The position numbers were made by a program, and so were the translations under genes. Shown here one piece after another: positions 37,764 to 47,742 of a DNA stretch of 61,715 nucleotides. Numbering within the stretch: the first letter of the stretch is position 1; each line of letters starts with the position of its first letter. The stretch comes from a bacterium (GTDB taxonomy: Bacteria > Patescibacteriota > Patescibacteriia > UBA9934 > GWF2-40-263): assembly GCA_020057555.1 (NCBI GenBank), contig JAGVFR010000013.1, forward strand, positions 1-61,715. The letters run 5' to 3'. Below the pieces are notes generated by a model that saw only the letters and a program-made list of their open reading frames with translations, searched no databases and was not told where the DNA came from.

Positions 37764-38641
37764 AAATCGGAATTCTAATTTTGTCAGAACCAGCGCTTGA
37801 TAACTACACCGGAGTTGTACGACTTGAAGAAACAGCACAAGCACTTGGCCACACTGTTGTTCGTTTGTACGAACCAAATTTTTCGCTTTGTGGCGATGAA
37901 CTTTTTTACGATGGAAAACAAGTGCCAGAAGTTGACGTGATAATTTCGCGACCAAACTTTATTGAAGAACCAAGTTTACATTTTTATGTTGTAAACACAC
38001 TGATTGAAAAAGGATATCGAGTTCTAAATGGTAAACCGTCATTTGCGATCGCGAAAAATAAAATCGAGCAGTTGCGTGTGTTTCAAAAAAATAAATTGCC
38101 TTATCCAAAAAGTTTTATAACAAAAAATCCAGAGATCGCGCTTGATGCTATAAAACAAATTGGTTTTCCTGTTGTGATAAAAGTCGCTTTTGGAACAATT
38201 GGAAAAGGAGTTTTCTACGCGCCAAATCAGGAAACGTTCGGCCCAATTGTTGAGTACTTGGCGATTCGAGACCGAAATCCAGTGATCGTACAAGAGTTTA
38301 TCAAAGAGGCTGACCGAAAAGATTTGCGAGTGTTTATTATTGGAGGAAAAATCATTGCATCAATGGAACGTTGCGCGCCTGAAGGTGATATTCGAGCAAA
38401 CACGAGCAATGGTGGAACCGGAAGATCAGTAACACTTACCGATCAAGAACAAAAACTGGCTCTTCAAACAGCTAAAGTGTTTGATTTGGATATTATCGGA
38501 ATTGATATAATTCGATCGAATCGCGGGCCACTTGTTTTGGAAGTAAATTCAAATCCAGGATTTACCGAACTTGAACGCGCAACAGAAACTGATGTCGCAA
38601 AAGCAATTATTCTCTACTGTGTCATAACGGCTAACGACTAA
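37760..38641 (+). CDS. rimK: RimK-family ATP-grasp ligase
   Basis: FPVVIKVAFGTIGKGV, DLRVFIIGGKI, IGIDIIRSNRGPLVLEVNSNPGF. Confidence 0.85.
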   Translation: MKIGILILSEPALDNYTGVVRLEETAQALGHTVVRLYEPNFSLCGDELFYDGKQVPEVDVIISRPNFIEEPSLHFYVVNTLIEKGYRVLNGKPSFAIAKNKIEQLRVFQKNKLPYPKSFITKNPEIALDAIKQIGFPVVIKVAFGTIGKGVFYAPNQETFGPIVEYLAIRDRNPVIVQEFIKEADRKDLRVFIIGGKIIASMERCAPEGDIRANTSNGGTGRSVTLTDQEQKLALQTAKVFDLDIIGIDIIRSNRGPLVLEVNSNPGFTELERATETDVAKAIILYCVITAND

Positions 38642-38706
38642 TGGCTAATTGCTCAAAAATAAAAAAGCAAGCCGAGTTGGCCTGCATAGAACGTGGAACA
38701 AAGAGT

Positions 38707-38853
38707 CTAGCCCTTCTTCTTGCTCTTGATGTTGAGGTGGCCCTTGAACTCCTTCCTCGCAGAGATTCCCTGCCCGTGCCTGGTCTTGGCGATGTGTCGG
38801 ATCATCTGACCCGGGTTGTTCGTCCTGTACTGGCACTTCGGGCACTGCTTCAT
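38707..38853 (-). CDS. 48-aa C2H2-type zinc-finger miniprotein
   Basis: MKQCPKCQYRTNNPGQMIRHIAKTRHGQGISARKEFKGHLNIKSKKKG, with C-x2-C-x12-H-x5-H spacing. SD GAAAGGAGCAACAG. Terminator GCAGGCC-AACTC-GGCTTGC plus T-run. Very GC-rich. Not in the ORF track. Confidence 0.6.
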   Translation of the reverse strand: MKQCPKCQYRTNNPGQMIRHIAKTRHGQGISARKEFKGHLNIKSKKKG

Positions 38854-38880
38854 CTGTTGCTCCTTTCAGAGTATAGATCT

Positions 38881-38938
38881 ATCTGCGCCTGTCGCAGATT
38901 TGCCCAAATAGAATACCAGAATTTACAGATTTTGTCAA
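38881..38938 (-). promoter_or_regulatory. promoter and leader palindrome of the zinc-finger gene
   Basis: Minus strand: TTGACA, 17-nt spacer, TATTCT, then ATCTGCG-N5-CGCAGAT. Confidence 0.5.
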
Positions 38939-38973
38939 TAATGCTAGATTTGGGTAGTAATTTGAGAGATTAT

Positions 38974-39047
38974 TCCGGGGTCGTCTAGCGGCAGGACATG
39001 TGCCTCTGGAGCATAGAACCGTGGTTCGAGTCCACGCCCCGGAACCA
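38974..39047 (+). tRNA. tRNA-Gln (anticodon CTG)
   Basis: Acceptor TCCGGGG/CCCCGGA, anticodon loop CTCTGGA, T-arm CGTGG-TTCGAGT-CCACG, ACCA end. Confidence 0.9.
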
Positions 39048-39082
39048 ATCTAAAACACCGATGCAAATCGGTGTTTTAGATT
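39047..39082. terminator. strong hairpin after tRNA-Gln
   Basis: AATCTAAAACACCGAT-GCAA-ATCGGTGTTTTAGATT; no clear U-tract on either strand. Confidence 0.4.
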
Positions 39083-39120
39083 AAAAAAAACTTTCAAGCG
39101 ACTTTTTTTTGACGACCTTT

Positions 39121-40599
39121 CTATGTCATCACTGTCCCACCAAACTCGCTCACGAGCTTTTGCAAATCTTCTTCGTTTTCATGCTTTTTTTGAATAGCTT
39201 TTACTTTAATACGCCTGCCGATTACTTTTTCCAAAACATCCTCAATCACCTGACGGTTTTTATCTTTGTTAACCGTTTGAACATACAAATCATACGCAAA
39301 ACCAAGTTCAACATGCTCGCCTGTTACACCGCAAACTTCGCATGACTGCATGAAGAGCGGCAATGATGCATTGCACTCTTTGATCTGCTCGAAAATCTGC
39401 GGCCATTTCGCGCGAACTTCTTCAAGAGAAATTACTGGGATTGTGTCAAAAACTGTTTTGTTTACCACTTCGACAAGCTCAGGGAGTAATGCGTCTTTAG
39501 TTTCTTCCTTCTCGACCTTTTCTTCCCGATCCGAAACAACCCCCTTTTGATTAAAATCCACTTTGTGATCCGACTCACACAATTCAACAATCGCGAGTTC
39601 GATCGGAAGCTGTGGCAAATGTTCAGAACGAATTTTTGTTTTCGCTTCAAGCAATGAGGTTAAAGCTTGACGCATAAACGAAACATCCGACTCTGGGACA
39701 GTTTTTGAAAGTTGATCAAACATGTGATCGCGTAAATTCGCGATCACATCTTCAATAAACATTTTCAGATCGACGCCTTGTTCAATAAATGTGTTCAAGT
39801 CAAAAATACAAACCTGTGTATTTTTTTCAAAAAGATGGTTCACAAAAGTTTCAACCAAAACAGTAGTTGTTGCTGGAAGAACAAGCGACGCAAGCTCAAC
39901 AGTGATGTGTTTTTCACCCAAAGCCATGAGCTGACCAAGCAAACTCTCCGCATCTCGCGCGCAACCTGTGCTATGACGTACAACTTGTTCAAGAACCTCA
40001 TCGTCAATTTTCATTTCTTCTGATTTTGTTATTTCTTTCAATCGTTTCATCATCTCTTCTTTTTGAATGCGCTTAAAATCAAAACGCTGACATCTACTCA
40101 CGATTGTTTCCGGAACTTTGTGAATTTCAGTTGTTGCTAAAATAAAAAGCACATGCTCTGGCGGCTCTTCAAGCGTTTTCAAAAGCGCATTGAATGCCGA
40201 AGTCGAAAGCATGTGAACTTCATCAATGATAAAAACTTTTTTCTTTAATTTGTTTGGAGCAAAACGAACGCTTTTGATAATATTCTCGCGAACGTTTTCA
40301 ACATCAGTGTTTGACGCGGCATCTACTTCGTACAAATCAAGAGCGGAGCCAGAAGTGATCTGTTCACATGCTGAACACGTGTTGCAAGGTTCATTGTGTT
40401 TTGGTTTTTCGCAATTAACAAGCTTTGCCAAAAGACGCGCTGTTGTTGTTTTTCCAACTCCACGCGGGCCAGTAAACAAATAAGCATGGGCAATACGGCC
40501 CATTTCAAATTGGTTTTGTATAGTTGTTGAGACATGCGGTTGGCCGATCAAATCCGAAAACTTTTGCGGTCGGTAGGCGCGATAGATTGCAAGAGACAT
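39121..40599 (-). CDS. dnaX: DNA polymerase III subunit gamma/tau
   Basis: YLFTGPRGVGKTT, CNTCSACEQI, FIIDEVHMLS, SRCQRF. Confidence 0.95.
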   Translation of the reverse strand: MSLAIYRAYRPQKFSDLIGQPHVSTTIQNQFEMGRIAHAYLFTGPRGVGKTTTARLLAKLVNCEKPKHNEPCNTCSACEQITSGSALDLYEVDAASNTDVENVRENIIKSVRFAPNKLKKKVFIIDEVHMLSTSAFNALLKTLEEPPEHVLFILATTEIHKVPETIVSRCQRFDFKRIQKEEMMKRLKEITKSEEMKIDDEVLEQVVRHSTGCARDAESLLGQLMALGEKHITVELASLVLPATTTVLVETFVNHLFEKNTQVCIFDLNTFIEQGVDLKMFIEDVIANLRDHMFDQLSKTVPESDVSFMRQALTSLLEAKTKIRSEHLPQLPIELAIVELCESDHKVDFNQKGVVSDREEKVEKEETKDALLPELVEVVNKTVFDTIPVISLEEVRAKWPQIFEQIKECNASLPLFMQSCEVCGVTGEHVELGFAYDLYVQTVNKDKNRQVIEDVLEKVIGRRIKVKAIQKKHENEEDLQKLVSEFGGTVMT

Positions 40600-40602
40600 A
40601 GA

Positions 40603-41208
40603 TTAACTACTTACTATACTTTCCACTGCAGCGAATGCTGAATCTCCTGAACGTGGCACAACAACTACGACTTCGTCTCCTGGCATTGCTTTGAAATACG
40701 TAACGCTCGCAGTGAGCACTTTATACACCTGATCGTCTGCTGTCACAACATACTCTTGTGTTGACGAATCAAGAGCGAGTTTACCAAAAAGTCTCTGTCG
40801 TTCCACAGGCCCGATTTGCTTATAAACGTGTGTCCCATCAGGTTGAATTGTGAGTTTCAAAATATCTCCCTCTACCAAACGAGATTTTGACGCGTAGTTT
40901 TCAGGAACTTGATAACGCGCACCATCAGCGCCGACCATCATTTCTCCATCAAACACTCCTTCAAGAACTCGGCTTCCGGTTTTCTGTTCAAGATCTTGAG
41001 TCAAACCATTGTTGTGAGTCACCAAATCAACTAGATGTCGCGTTGCTCGTGCTGAATCACCTTGTTCAAGTAACTGAATTACGTGCGTGATACTGTCACG
41101 CATTTTTTTGAGCATTTGAACAGCAAGTTGATTTCGTGTATCTGCAAACTCCACACGATTCGCGTGCGATTCAACATCTGGTTCGTTCTCAAAGATATCG
41201 TCAGGCAT
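40603..41208 (-). CDS. hypothetical protein
   Basis: 201-aa ORF packed between the ATPase gene and dnaX. Contains YQVPENYASKSRLVEGD. No family recognised. Confidence 0.6.
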   Translation of the reverse strand: MPDDIFENEPDVESHANRVEFADTRNQLAVQMLKKMRDSITHVIQLLEQGDSARATRHLVDLVTHNNGLTQDLEQKTGSRVLEGVFDGEMMVGADGARYQVPENYASKSRLVEGDILKLTIQPDGTHVYKQIGPVERQRLFGKLALDSSTQEYVVTADDQVYKVLTASVTYFKAMPGDEVVVVVPRSGDSAFAAVESIVSS

Positions 41209-41213
41209 AAATT

Positions 41214-43766
41214 TTATCTCTCTCCAATCGGCGGAGGCTGTGGACCGCGAGGGGCTGCGCCAAGCGCAGTTCTCTCAAGAATATCCGCCTCAACTAAACG
41301 ACGGTCTCGTCCGTATTTCAATCTTGATAACTCTTTGATTCCTTCCGCCAATTCCCGATCGCCAAGCGGCGCTGGTTCAAGTTTCATCGTGAATGGTTTG
41401 ACTTGCGAATTTCCAACAATCATTCGAACATACCAAGTAAACTTGTCTGAATTCATCAAATCATATCCGGCAAAATCAGGGGTGTAAATTTTTTCAAGAG
41501 TATCAACATCTTCAGGACCAATGCGCGCAACATACGTTGTACCAACGTTTCCAAAAACAGCGTCTTTGATTTTTGTATCATTATTTTTTACAAGTTGGCC
41601 GATGTATTGATGCGCGATAATCAAATTCAATCTATACTTGCGAGCTTCTGATAAAATAGTCGCGATCGAATCTGTTATGAAATTTTGAAACTCATCAATA
41701 TATAAGTAAAAATCGTGTCGCTGTTCTTCTGGAATATCCGCGCGTGTTAGAGCCGCCATCTGAAGTTTCGAAACAATAATCATTCCAAGCAGGTCAGCGT
41801 TTACATCACCAGTCTTCCCTTTTGATAAATTAACAAGCAGAATTTTTTTCTTATCCATGACTTCGCGAAAATCAAAACTTGAATGCGTTTGGCCGATTAT
41901 ATTTCGCATCATTTCATTTTCAACAAAACGACCGACTTTTGAAATCAAATATCCTAGCATTTCTGATTTGTGAAAATCACTTGTTTTTGCCATTTCGTTT
42001 TCCCAAAATGAACGAACAACAGGATCTTTCACTTTTGCGACCCAGCGTTTTTGAAAAGCTTCATCTGAAAACATGCGTGGAATTTCAGCAATCGTGCCAG
42101 GCTGTTCAGGATCAGACATGAGAGTCAACATCACATTTCGCATGTTGTGCTCAAACATCGGACCGATCATTTCCGGTGGAAAAAGTTTGTAAAAAATCGA
42201 GATCATTTCTTGAACAGCAAAATCTTTCATTGATTCATCTTTAGCTTCAAGCATATTCAACCCCATCGGACGTTCCAAGTCTGATGGATTGAAATGAACA
42301 ACATCATCCACTCGCTCGCGAGGAATGTTTCCTAAAATCTGTTCAATCAAATCTCCGTGCGGATCAACAACCGCAACTCCGTGTCCAGCTTTAATATCTT
42401 GGATCGCGTATTTCGCGATTGTTTGAGATTTTCCAGAACCGGATTTTCCAATTAAATACATGTGACGAGTTCTGTCGGAATTTTTCATCCACACAGGCGT
42501 CTTGATCCCGCGATAAACGTTAAATCCTAATTCAAAATCTCCATCTGAAGGGCCACTTGGAACACCTGAAGGAACAGATCCGCTTCTCGCTCCCAACCAT
42601 TTGATATTTGGAGTTTCAGTCCATGGCAAAGGCAAATGCCAAAGACTTGCCATTTCTTCCGCGTTCAAAACCATTTTATATTTTTCATCAATCGTTCGAT
42701 AAATAAATTGTTGAATGAGATTCTTTTTTGAACGAGGCACGGCTTTCACAAACGAATTCCCATACTGATAAATGTTAAACTGCGAAAACGCGTTCAACAT
42801 GTTTTGAAGAGTTGATTCTGCGGCTGTTGCAGTTTGAGAAGCAACAACAAGTCTCACACAAACATTCAGTCCAGCTTTACTGGCTTTCTCTTCAAGCCCT
42901 TTTACAACCTCTTCTTCTTGCGGAGACAAACGATAATCTCTGTCTTCTTTTTCTTTGTTATCACCTCCACCTGTAAGTTGTTGAAGTGTGCTCTTGTGCC
43001 CTTTTTTCTTTCCTTTGAGCGCGTCACTCAAACTCATGCCTTGTTGCATGCTAGAAGCAAGAGCAACTCCTCGCGAACGCCAAGATTTATATGCAGAACG
43101 AACAACAAATTGAAAAACGGCTCCTTCTCCTTCTGGAACACTTGTTAAAACATTTGTTAGAGAATTGAGTGGATCCTTGTCGAGTTTGCGATATGTTTTG
43201 ATTGGAAACGCGCTTTCTCGAGCAAAACGAAGATAACTTCCGACAATAACGCTTTGCGCCGAAAAAATGTTGTAGTCTTCGACTTCTTCCAAATACGCAT
43301 CCGGATATGCGGCAGAAATCTGCTGTTCAACATAAGTGGCCATGTGCATTGGAACAGTTACAAAAAATTGAATCAATTTATGTTCAACAACAATTTCAAA
43401 AGCGACTTCGTCTGATCTTCCAAAAAACCATTGCTTCAAGCCTCGCTCTCCTTTCAAGCCACCAATCGCTGAAAAAACAGTTTCAGCGGCCGCGATTGCT
43501 TCTTGCACTTCCTCTTTTTGCGGACCGCGATTGCTTTCTTCTTCTCGACGAAATTTTGGAAGAGTTACGAGTATTGTTCGGCTTTGAAATGTTGCGTGTT
43601 TTGCCGCGTTCGTTTTACGTATAAACCAGCGTAATAAAAAAAGACAACAAAAAAATAAAACAGCTACAACTGGAATCCAAACAAAATCCATGTAAGCAGA
43701 AATATCAAATTTTTCTGCTTGGATTAGTTGAGCTTCTGGCTGCAAAAACATTTGAAGCAATATCAC
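41214..43766 (-). CDS. membrane-anchored TraD/VirD4-like P-loop ATPase (coupling-protein family)
   Basis: N-terminal TM helix. Walker A IGKSGSGKSQ. VVDPHGDL. Walker B FYLYIDEFQNF. IIAHQYIGQL. Confidence 0.7.
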   Translation of the reverse strand: MILLQMFLQPEAQLIQAEKFDISAYMDFVWIPVVAVLFFCCLFLLRWFIRKTNAAKHATFQSRTILVTLPKFRREEESNRGPQKEEVQEAIAAAETVFSAIGGLKGERGLKQWFFGRSDEVAFEIVVEHKLIQFFVTVPMHMATYVEQQISAAYPDAYLEEVEDYNIFSAQSVIVGSYLRFARESAFPIKTYRKLDKDPLNSLTNVLTSVPEGEGAVFQFVVRSAYKSWRSRGVALASSMQQGMSLSDALKGKKKGHKSTLQQLTGGGDNKEKEDRDYRLSPQEEEVVKGLEEKASKAGLNVCVRLVVASQTATAAESTLQNMLNAFSQFNIYQYGNSFVKAVPRSKKNLIQQFIYRTIDEKYKMVLNAEEMASLWHLPLPWTETPNIKWLGARSGSVPSGVPSGPSDGDFELGFNVYRGIKTPVWMKNSDRTRHMYLIGKSGSGKSQTIAKYAIQDIKAGHGVAVVDPHGDLIEQILGNIPRERVDDVVHFNPSDLERPMGLNMLEAKDESMKDFAVQEMISIFYKLFPPEMIGPMFEHNMRNVMLTLMSDPEQPGTIAEIPRMFSDEAFQKRWVAKVKDPVVRSFWENEMAKTSDFHKSEMLGYLISKVGRFVENEMMRNIIGQTHSSFDFREVMDKKKILLVNLSKGKTGDVNADLLGMIIVSKLQMAALTRADIPEEQRHDFYLYIDEFQNFITDSIATILSEARKYRLNLIIAHQYIGQLVKNNDTKIKDAVFGNVGTTYVARIGPEDVDTLEKIYTPDFAGYDLMNSDKFTWYVRMIVGNSQVKPFTMKLEPAPLGDRELAEGIKELSRLKYGRDRRLVEADILERTALGAAPRGPQPPPIGER

Positions 43767-44251
43767 AAACGTAGAATTTTATCTGTTTTTATTTTTGCTT
43801 CTTGTTCAAGGAAAAAACGGTTAACGCCTGGAATCAATTTAAGCCAATTGCGAATGAGCAAAAAAATCTTTTTTGCGTTCACTTTTGTTTTGTGAACAAT
43901 CTGCATGATCTTTGACAAGGTTTTTTCTCCTTCTGCTTTGAATACTTCTTGTTTGTCTTTTGGCATTGAAAGATAAAGATCAGTCAGATCTTCCTGAAGA
44001 ATTGATTCAATTTTTTGCTCAATCGGATCGGTTGTTACTTGAACTACTGAAGCGACCACGACCGGTTTCACTGTGACTTCCTGACTGACACCAGTTTCAC
44101 TTTCTTGTTTTCCCTCTTGGTCCTCTTGGTCCTTTTGGTCTTCTTGGACCTCTGGGCCTTCTTGGACCTCTGGGCCATTTCCCTTTTCAACCAAAACCCG
44201 CTCCGCTTCCTGCGGAGTTTCTTTTGGCTTGAGTGCTGGAAAATCTACCAT
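43763..44251 (-). CDS. hypothetical protein with an acidic word-repeat tract
   Basis: GPEVQEGPEVQEDQKDQEDQEGK is encoded by family-K-like DNA words. GTGA overlap with the ATPase gene. Confidence 0.5.
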   Translation of the reverse strand: MVDFPALKPKETPQEAERVLVEKGNGPEVQEGPEVQEDQKDQEDQEGKQESETGVSQEVTVKPVVVASVVQVTTDPIEQKIESILQEDLTDLYLSMPKDKQEVFKAEGEKTLSKIMQIVHKTKVNAKKIFLLIRNWLKLIPGVNRFFLEQEAKIKTDKILRL

Positions 44252-44286
44252 AGATGTGTAAACAGTTTACCACAAAACTCATTCTA

Positions 44287-44323
44287 ACAAAAAAGAACCA
44301 CTCGTATTATTGAGAGGTTCTTT
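44287..44323 (-). terminator. intrinsic terminator after nrdJ
   Basis: Minus strand: AAAGAACCTCTC-loop-GAGTGGTTCTTT followed by a T-run. Confidence 0.65.
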
Positions 44324-44338
44324 AATTAAAATGTATAT

Positions 44339-47300
44339 TTAACTGCACCCGCTCGTTGCGCCGCAATTCAGACACTTATAACATGCGGCGTTACGGACCA
44401 TGATTGAACCACAAGTGTCACACGCTGGCGCGTCAGATTGATTATCAAAAGTCTTTGTTGTATCGAACAGCTTTGGCTGTGAGACAATTTCTTCCTTTGT
44501 TTCCGTTACATCCTTTACTTCCATCTCAACATTGATTCCAAGCGAAATTTGTGATTCTTGCGGTAAAAATTTAATCGCGAGCCAACGGAAAATATAATCA
44601 GTGATGGATTTCGCAATACGAATTTGTGGATTGTTCGTGTATCCGGACGGCTCAAAGCGCATGTGTACAAACTTATTCACCAAAACTTCAAGTGGAACAC
44701 CGTATTGCAGACCAATTGAAATCGCAGTCGCGAAACTATCCATAAGTCCACTGATGACCGAGCCCTCTTTTGACATTGTCATGAAGAGTTCTCCTGGTGA
44801 ACCATCATCATACAAACCAACTGTGATGTATCCCTCGTGACTTCCAACTTTAAACTTATGCGTGATCGCGCGCCTTTCATCAGGCAAACGACGACGACGC
44901 AGTTTGTTGTCTGAAGTAACAGTCACTGTTGGAATAGTCACTTTTTCTTCTTGCATATTGTTGTCCTCCTCTTGCTTATTCCCTCTTGCCCCTTCTTCTT
45001 TCTTATTCTGTTTTTTCGCATCACTTTCTTTTGACGTCGTAAGTGCTTGTTGACGCTTTGATCCATCTCGGTAAATCGCAATCGCTTTCAAACCAAGTTT
45101 CCAACCTGTTTCATAAACTTCAATGATGTTTTCCGGAGTCGCGTCATGTGGCATGTTCACGGTTTTTGAAATCGCGCCTGAAACAAACGGCTGAACAGCG
45201 GCCATCATTCGAACATGACCCATATAATGAATTGTTCGAATTCCGTTTGTGGCCTTAAACGCGCAGTCAAAAACCGGTAAATGTTCTGGTTTAATATGCG
45301 GTGCGTTTTCAATCGTGTCTGTTTTTTCAATATGTGCCAAAATTTCTTCTCTTTCTTTTTGTGAATATCCAAGTCTTGTAAGCGCTTCTGGAACTGTATT
45401 GTTGACGATTTTCAACATTCCTCCGCCAACAAGCCACTTATATTTTACAAGAGCGATATCTGGCTCAACTCCTGTTGTATCACAATCCATCAAAAATGAA
45501 ATAGTGCCTGTTGGCGCGATCACACTGATCTGCGCGTTTCGCAAACCATGGAGACTTCCGTGTTCCACAACATTGTCCCAACTAATGCGAGCTTCTGTAA
45601 GCAAATCAGCAGGAACGCCATTTTGATTGATTTCATACGATGCGTCGCGATGCATTCGCATTACTTCAAGACACGACGTTTCGTTTTGTTTATATCCTGC
45701 AAACTGCCCGATTTTTTCCGCGATCTTTGAGGATTGAAAATAACAATGTCCGCTTTGAAGTGAAGTGATCGCGGCCGCAAAATTTCGACCTTCGTCAGAA
45801 TCATACGGAATACCTCGGCTCATGAGAAACGCGCCAAGATTGGCGTATCCGATTCCAAGCGGACGATAATCCAAACTGTTTTGTTCAATTGCCGGAGTTG
45901 GATAAACGGAATTTCCAATAATAATTTCCATGGCTGTCACAATGATTTCGTTTGCTTTTTTGAATGCCTCGACATCAAAAACTAATAGACCGTCAACTTC
46001 TTTACGAAATTTCATTATGTTAAGCGACGCCAAATTGCACGCGCTGTCATTTAGGAACATGAACTCGCTACATGGATTTGACGCGTAAATTCGATCTGTA
46101 TTTTTGCATGTGTGCCATTTGTTGATTGTTGTGTCGTATTGAATTCCAGGATCACCACATTGCCAAGCGGCCTGCGCCATTTTGTCCATGAGCTCTTTTG
46201 CTTTCCAAGTTTGAACTGGTGCTCCGGTTATTACAGCGTGAGTTGTCCAATCTTCATCTTTTTCAACAGCTTGCATAAACGCGTCTGTTACACGGACAGA
46301 GTTGTTTGCATTTTGAAAATAAACTGAAGAATATGCTGAACCATCCATTGAACCATCATAACCAGCGTCCATTAGCACCCAAGCTTTTTTCTCTTCCTCA
46401 ACTTTGCATTGAATAAAATCATTGATGTCTGGATGATCAATATCTAAAATAACCATTTTTGCAGCGCGGCGAGTTTTTCCACCGCTTTTGATAACGCCGG
46501 CAAAAGCGTCCAATCCTTTCATGAAAGAAACAGGCCCGGATGCTTTTCCATTACTTCCACCTAGAAATTCTTGCTTTGATCGCAATTTTGAAAGATTTGT
46601 TCCGGTTCCTGATCCGCCTTTGAACAACATACCTTCTGTGACACACAAATTCAAAATAGAGCGCATGTCATCTTCAACTGAATTGATAAAACACGCGCTA
46701 CATTGTTGTGGACGAGAAGTTCCAACATTAAACCAAACCGGTGAATTGAACGCGGCCATTTGATTTACCAAAATATAGTGAAGTTCATCTTCAAAAGTTT
46801 GCGCATCTTCTTTTGTTGCGAAATATCCATCCTTACGACCCCAGTTTGAAATTGTTTTTGCCACGCGCGAAACAAGTTGTTTAACTGAATATTCACGATC
46901 AACTTTCCCAACTGTTCCATAAAAATATTTTGATACAACTATGTTTGTTGCTGTCTGTGTCCAATTTTTTGGAACTTCAACTCCTTTTTGTTCAAAAACC
47001 ACTTCGCCTTTTGTTCCGCTGATAATCGCGTCTCGCGTTTCCCATTCGATTTCATCAAATGGATGGACGTTTGGTGTTGTAAAGCGACGTTCAACCGTTA
47101 TTCCATGACCGTAAACTTCACCACGTTCGTCTGTTTGCACGGCCGCTCGGTAATTTAGATATTTTTTCGCTACATGGATTAGGTTGTTATCAATAAGTGT
47201 TACATTTACAACCTCGCGGACATCAGCAAATGATGGAACACTGTGCCCATTGAACCTGTGTGTTAGCCGACTCACAACTTGGCCAGCTATTTTTTCAGTA

Positions 47301-47500
47301 AGCTTTCCAGATTTGATACCTGATGCTTCAAGTGCTTGTTTGATTGAATGCGCAAGTTTGTGCGGTTCAAACATTTGTTCTGAACCATCACGTTTGTGAA
47401 GCGTTTTTACAGAAGTCATGAATTGCCAAACCGCTTCAGAAATATTTTCCGAGCCAGTCGTTGTTTGATTGGTTTGGGAAGCAGTTTGATTGGAAGGCAT
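44339..47500 (-). CDS. nrdJ: adenosylcobalamin-dependent (class II) ribonucleotide reductase with ATP-cone and C-terminal zinc ribbon
   Basis: N-terminal ATP-cone, NPCSEF active-site region, C-terminal CDTCGS...CYKCLNCG. A Lys/Glu-rich insert lies near residue ~820. Confidence 0.92.
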   Translation of the reverse strand: MPSNQTASQTNQTTTGSENISEAVWQFMTSVKTLHKRDGSEQMFEPHKLAHSIKQALEASGIKSGKLTEKIAGQVVSRLTHRFNGHSVPSFADVREVVNVTLIDNNLIHVAKKYLNYRAAVQTDERGEVYGHGITVERRFTTPNVHPFDEIEWETRDAIISGTKGEVVFEQKGVEVPKNWTQTATNIVVSKYFYGTVGKVDREYSVKQLVSRVAKTISNWGRKDGYFATKEDAQTFEDELHYILVNQMAAFNSPVWFNVGTSRPQQCSACFINSVEDDMRSILNLCVTEGMLFKGGSGTGTNLSKLRSKQEFLGGSNGKASGPVSFMKGLDAFAGVIKSGGKTRRAAKMVILDIDHPDINDFIQCKVEEEKKAWVLMDAGYDGSMDGSAYSSVYFQNANNSVRVTDAFMQAVEKDEDWTTHAVITGAPVQTWKAKELMDKMAQAAWQCGDPGIQYDTTINKWHTCKNTDRIYASNPCSEFMFLNDSACNLASLNIMKFRKEVDGLLVFDVEAFKKANEIIVTAMEIIIGNSVYPTPAIEQNSLDYRPLGIGYANLGAFLMSRGIPYDSDEGRNFAAAITSLQSGHCYFQSSKIAEKIGQFAGYKQNETSCLEVMRMHRDASYEINQNGVPADLLTEARISWDNVVEHGSLHGLRNAQISVIAPTGTISFLMDCDTTGVEPDIALVKYKWLVGGGMLKIVNNTVPEALTRLGYSQKEREEILAHIEKTDTIENAPHIKPEHLPVFDCAFKATNGIRTIHYMGHVRMMAAVQPFVSGAISKTVNMPHDATPENIIEVYETGWKLGLKAIAIYRDGSKRQQALTTSKESDAKKQNKKEEGARGNKQEEDNNMQEEKVTIPTVTVTSDNKLRRRRLPDERRAITHKFKVGSHEGYITVGLYDDGSPGELFMTMSKEGSVISGLMDSFATAISIGLQYGVPLEVLVNKFVHMRFEPSGYTNNPQIRIAKSITDYIFRWLAIKFLPQESQISLGINVEMEVKDVTETKEEIVSQPKLFDTTKTFDNQSDAPACDTCGSIMVRNAACYKCLNCGATSGCS

Positions 47501-47742
47501 AGATGAAGAAGAAAGTTAGAAAAGAAGTGAAGAGCAAGTGAGTGTAAACTTTTCTTAAAAATGGATGATATTTCGGTGCGCGCTGAGGACGTTGCCGAGC
47601 CGTACTGAAATGTACGGTGAGGTGACGACCGGAAGCGCAAGCCGAAAGATCGCCAGTTTTAAGAAAAGTCAGTCAAAAAACAATCCCCACTGGGATCATT
47701 TATATTCACTCCTGGAAGGCTCGTAAACACCGTTCCTCACGA

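Noticed and set aside
38641-38988. Track ORFs 38641..38988 (+) and 38645..38845 (-)
   Set aside because: Both are stop-poor frames of a GC-rich patch with no start signals. The third frame (38707..38853, minus) has an SD, promoter, terminator and a clean C2H2 motif.
39121-40599. Programmed frameshift site in dnaX (gamma/tau)
   Set aside because: The only A-rich run I noticed (AAAGAAAAAAG near 40231-40245, minus sense) lies at the Walker B region, far upstream of where gamma termination occurs. No downstream hairpin was evident.
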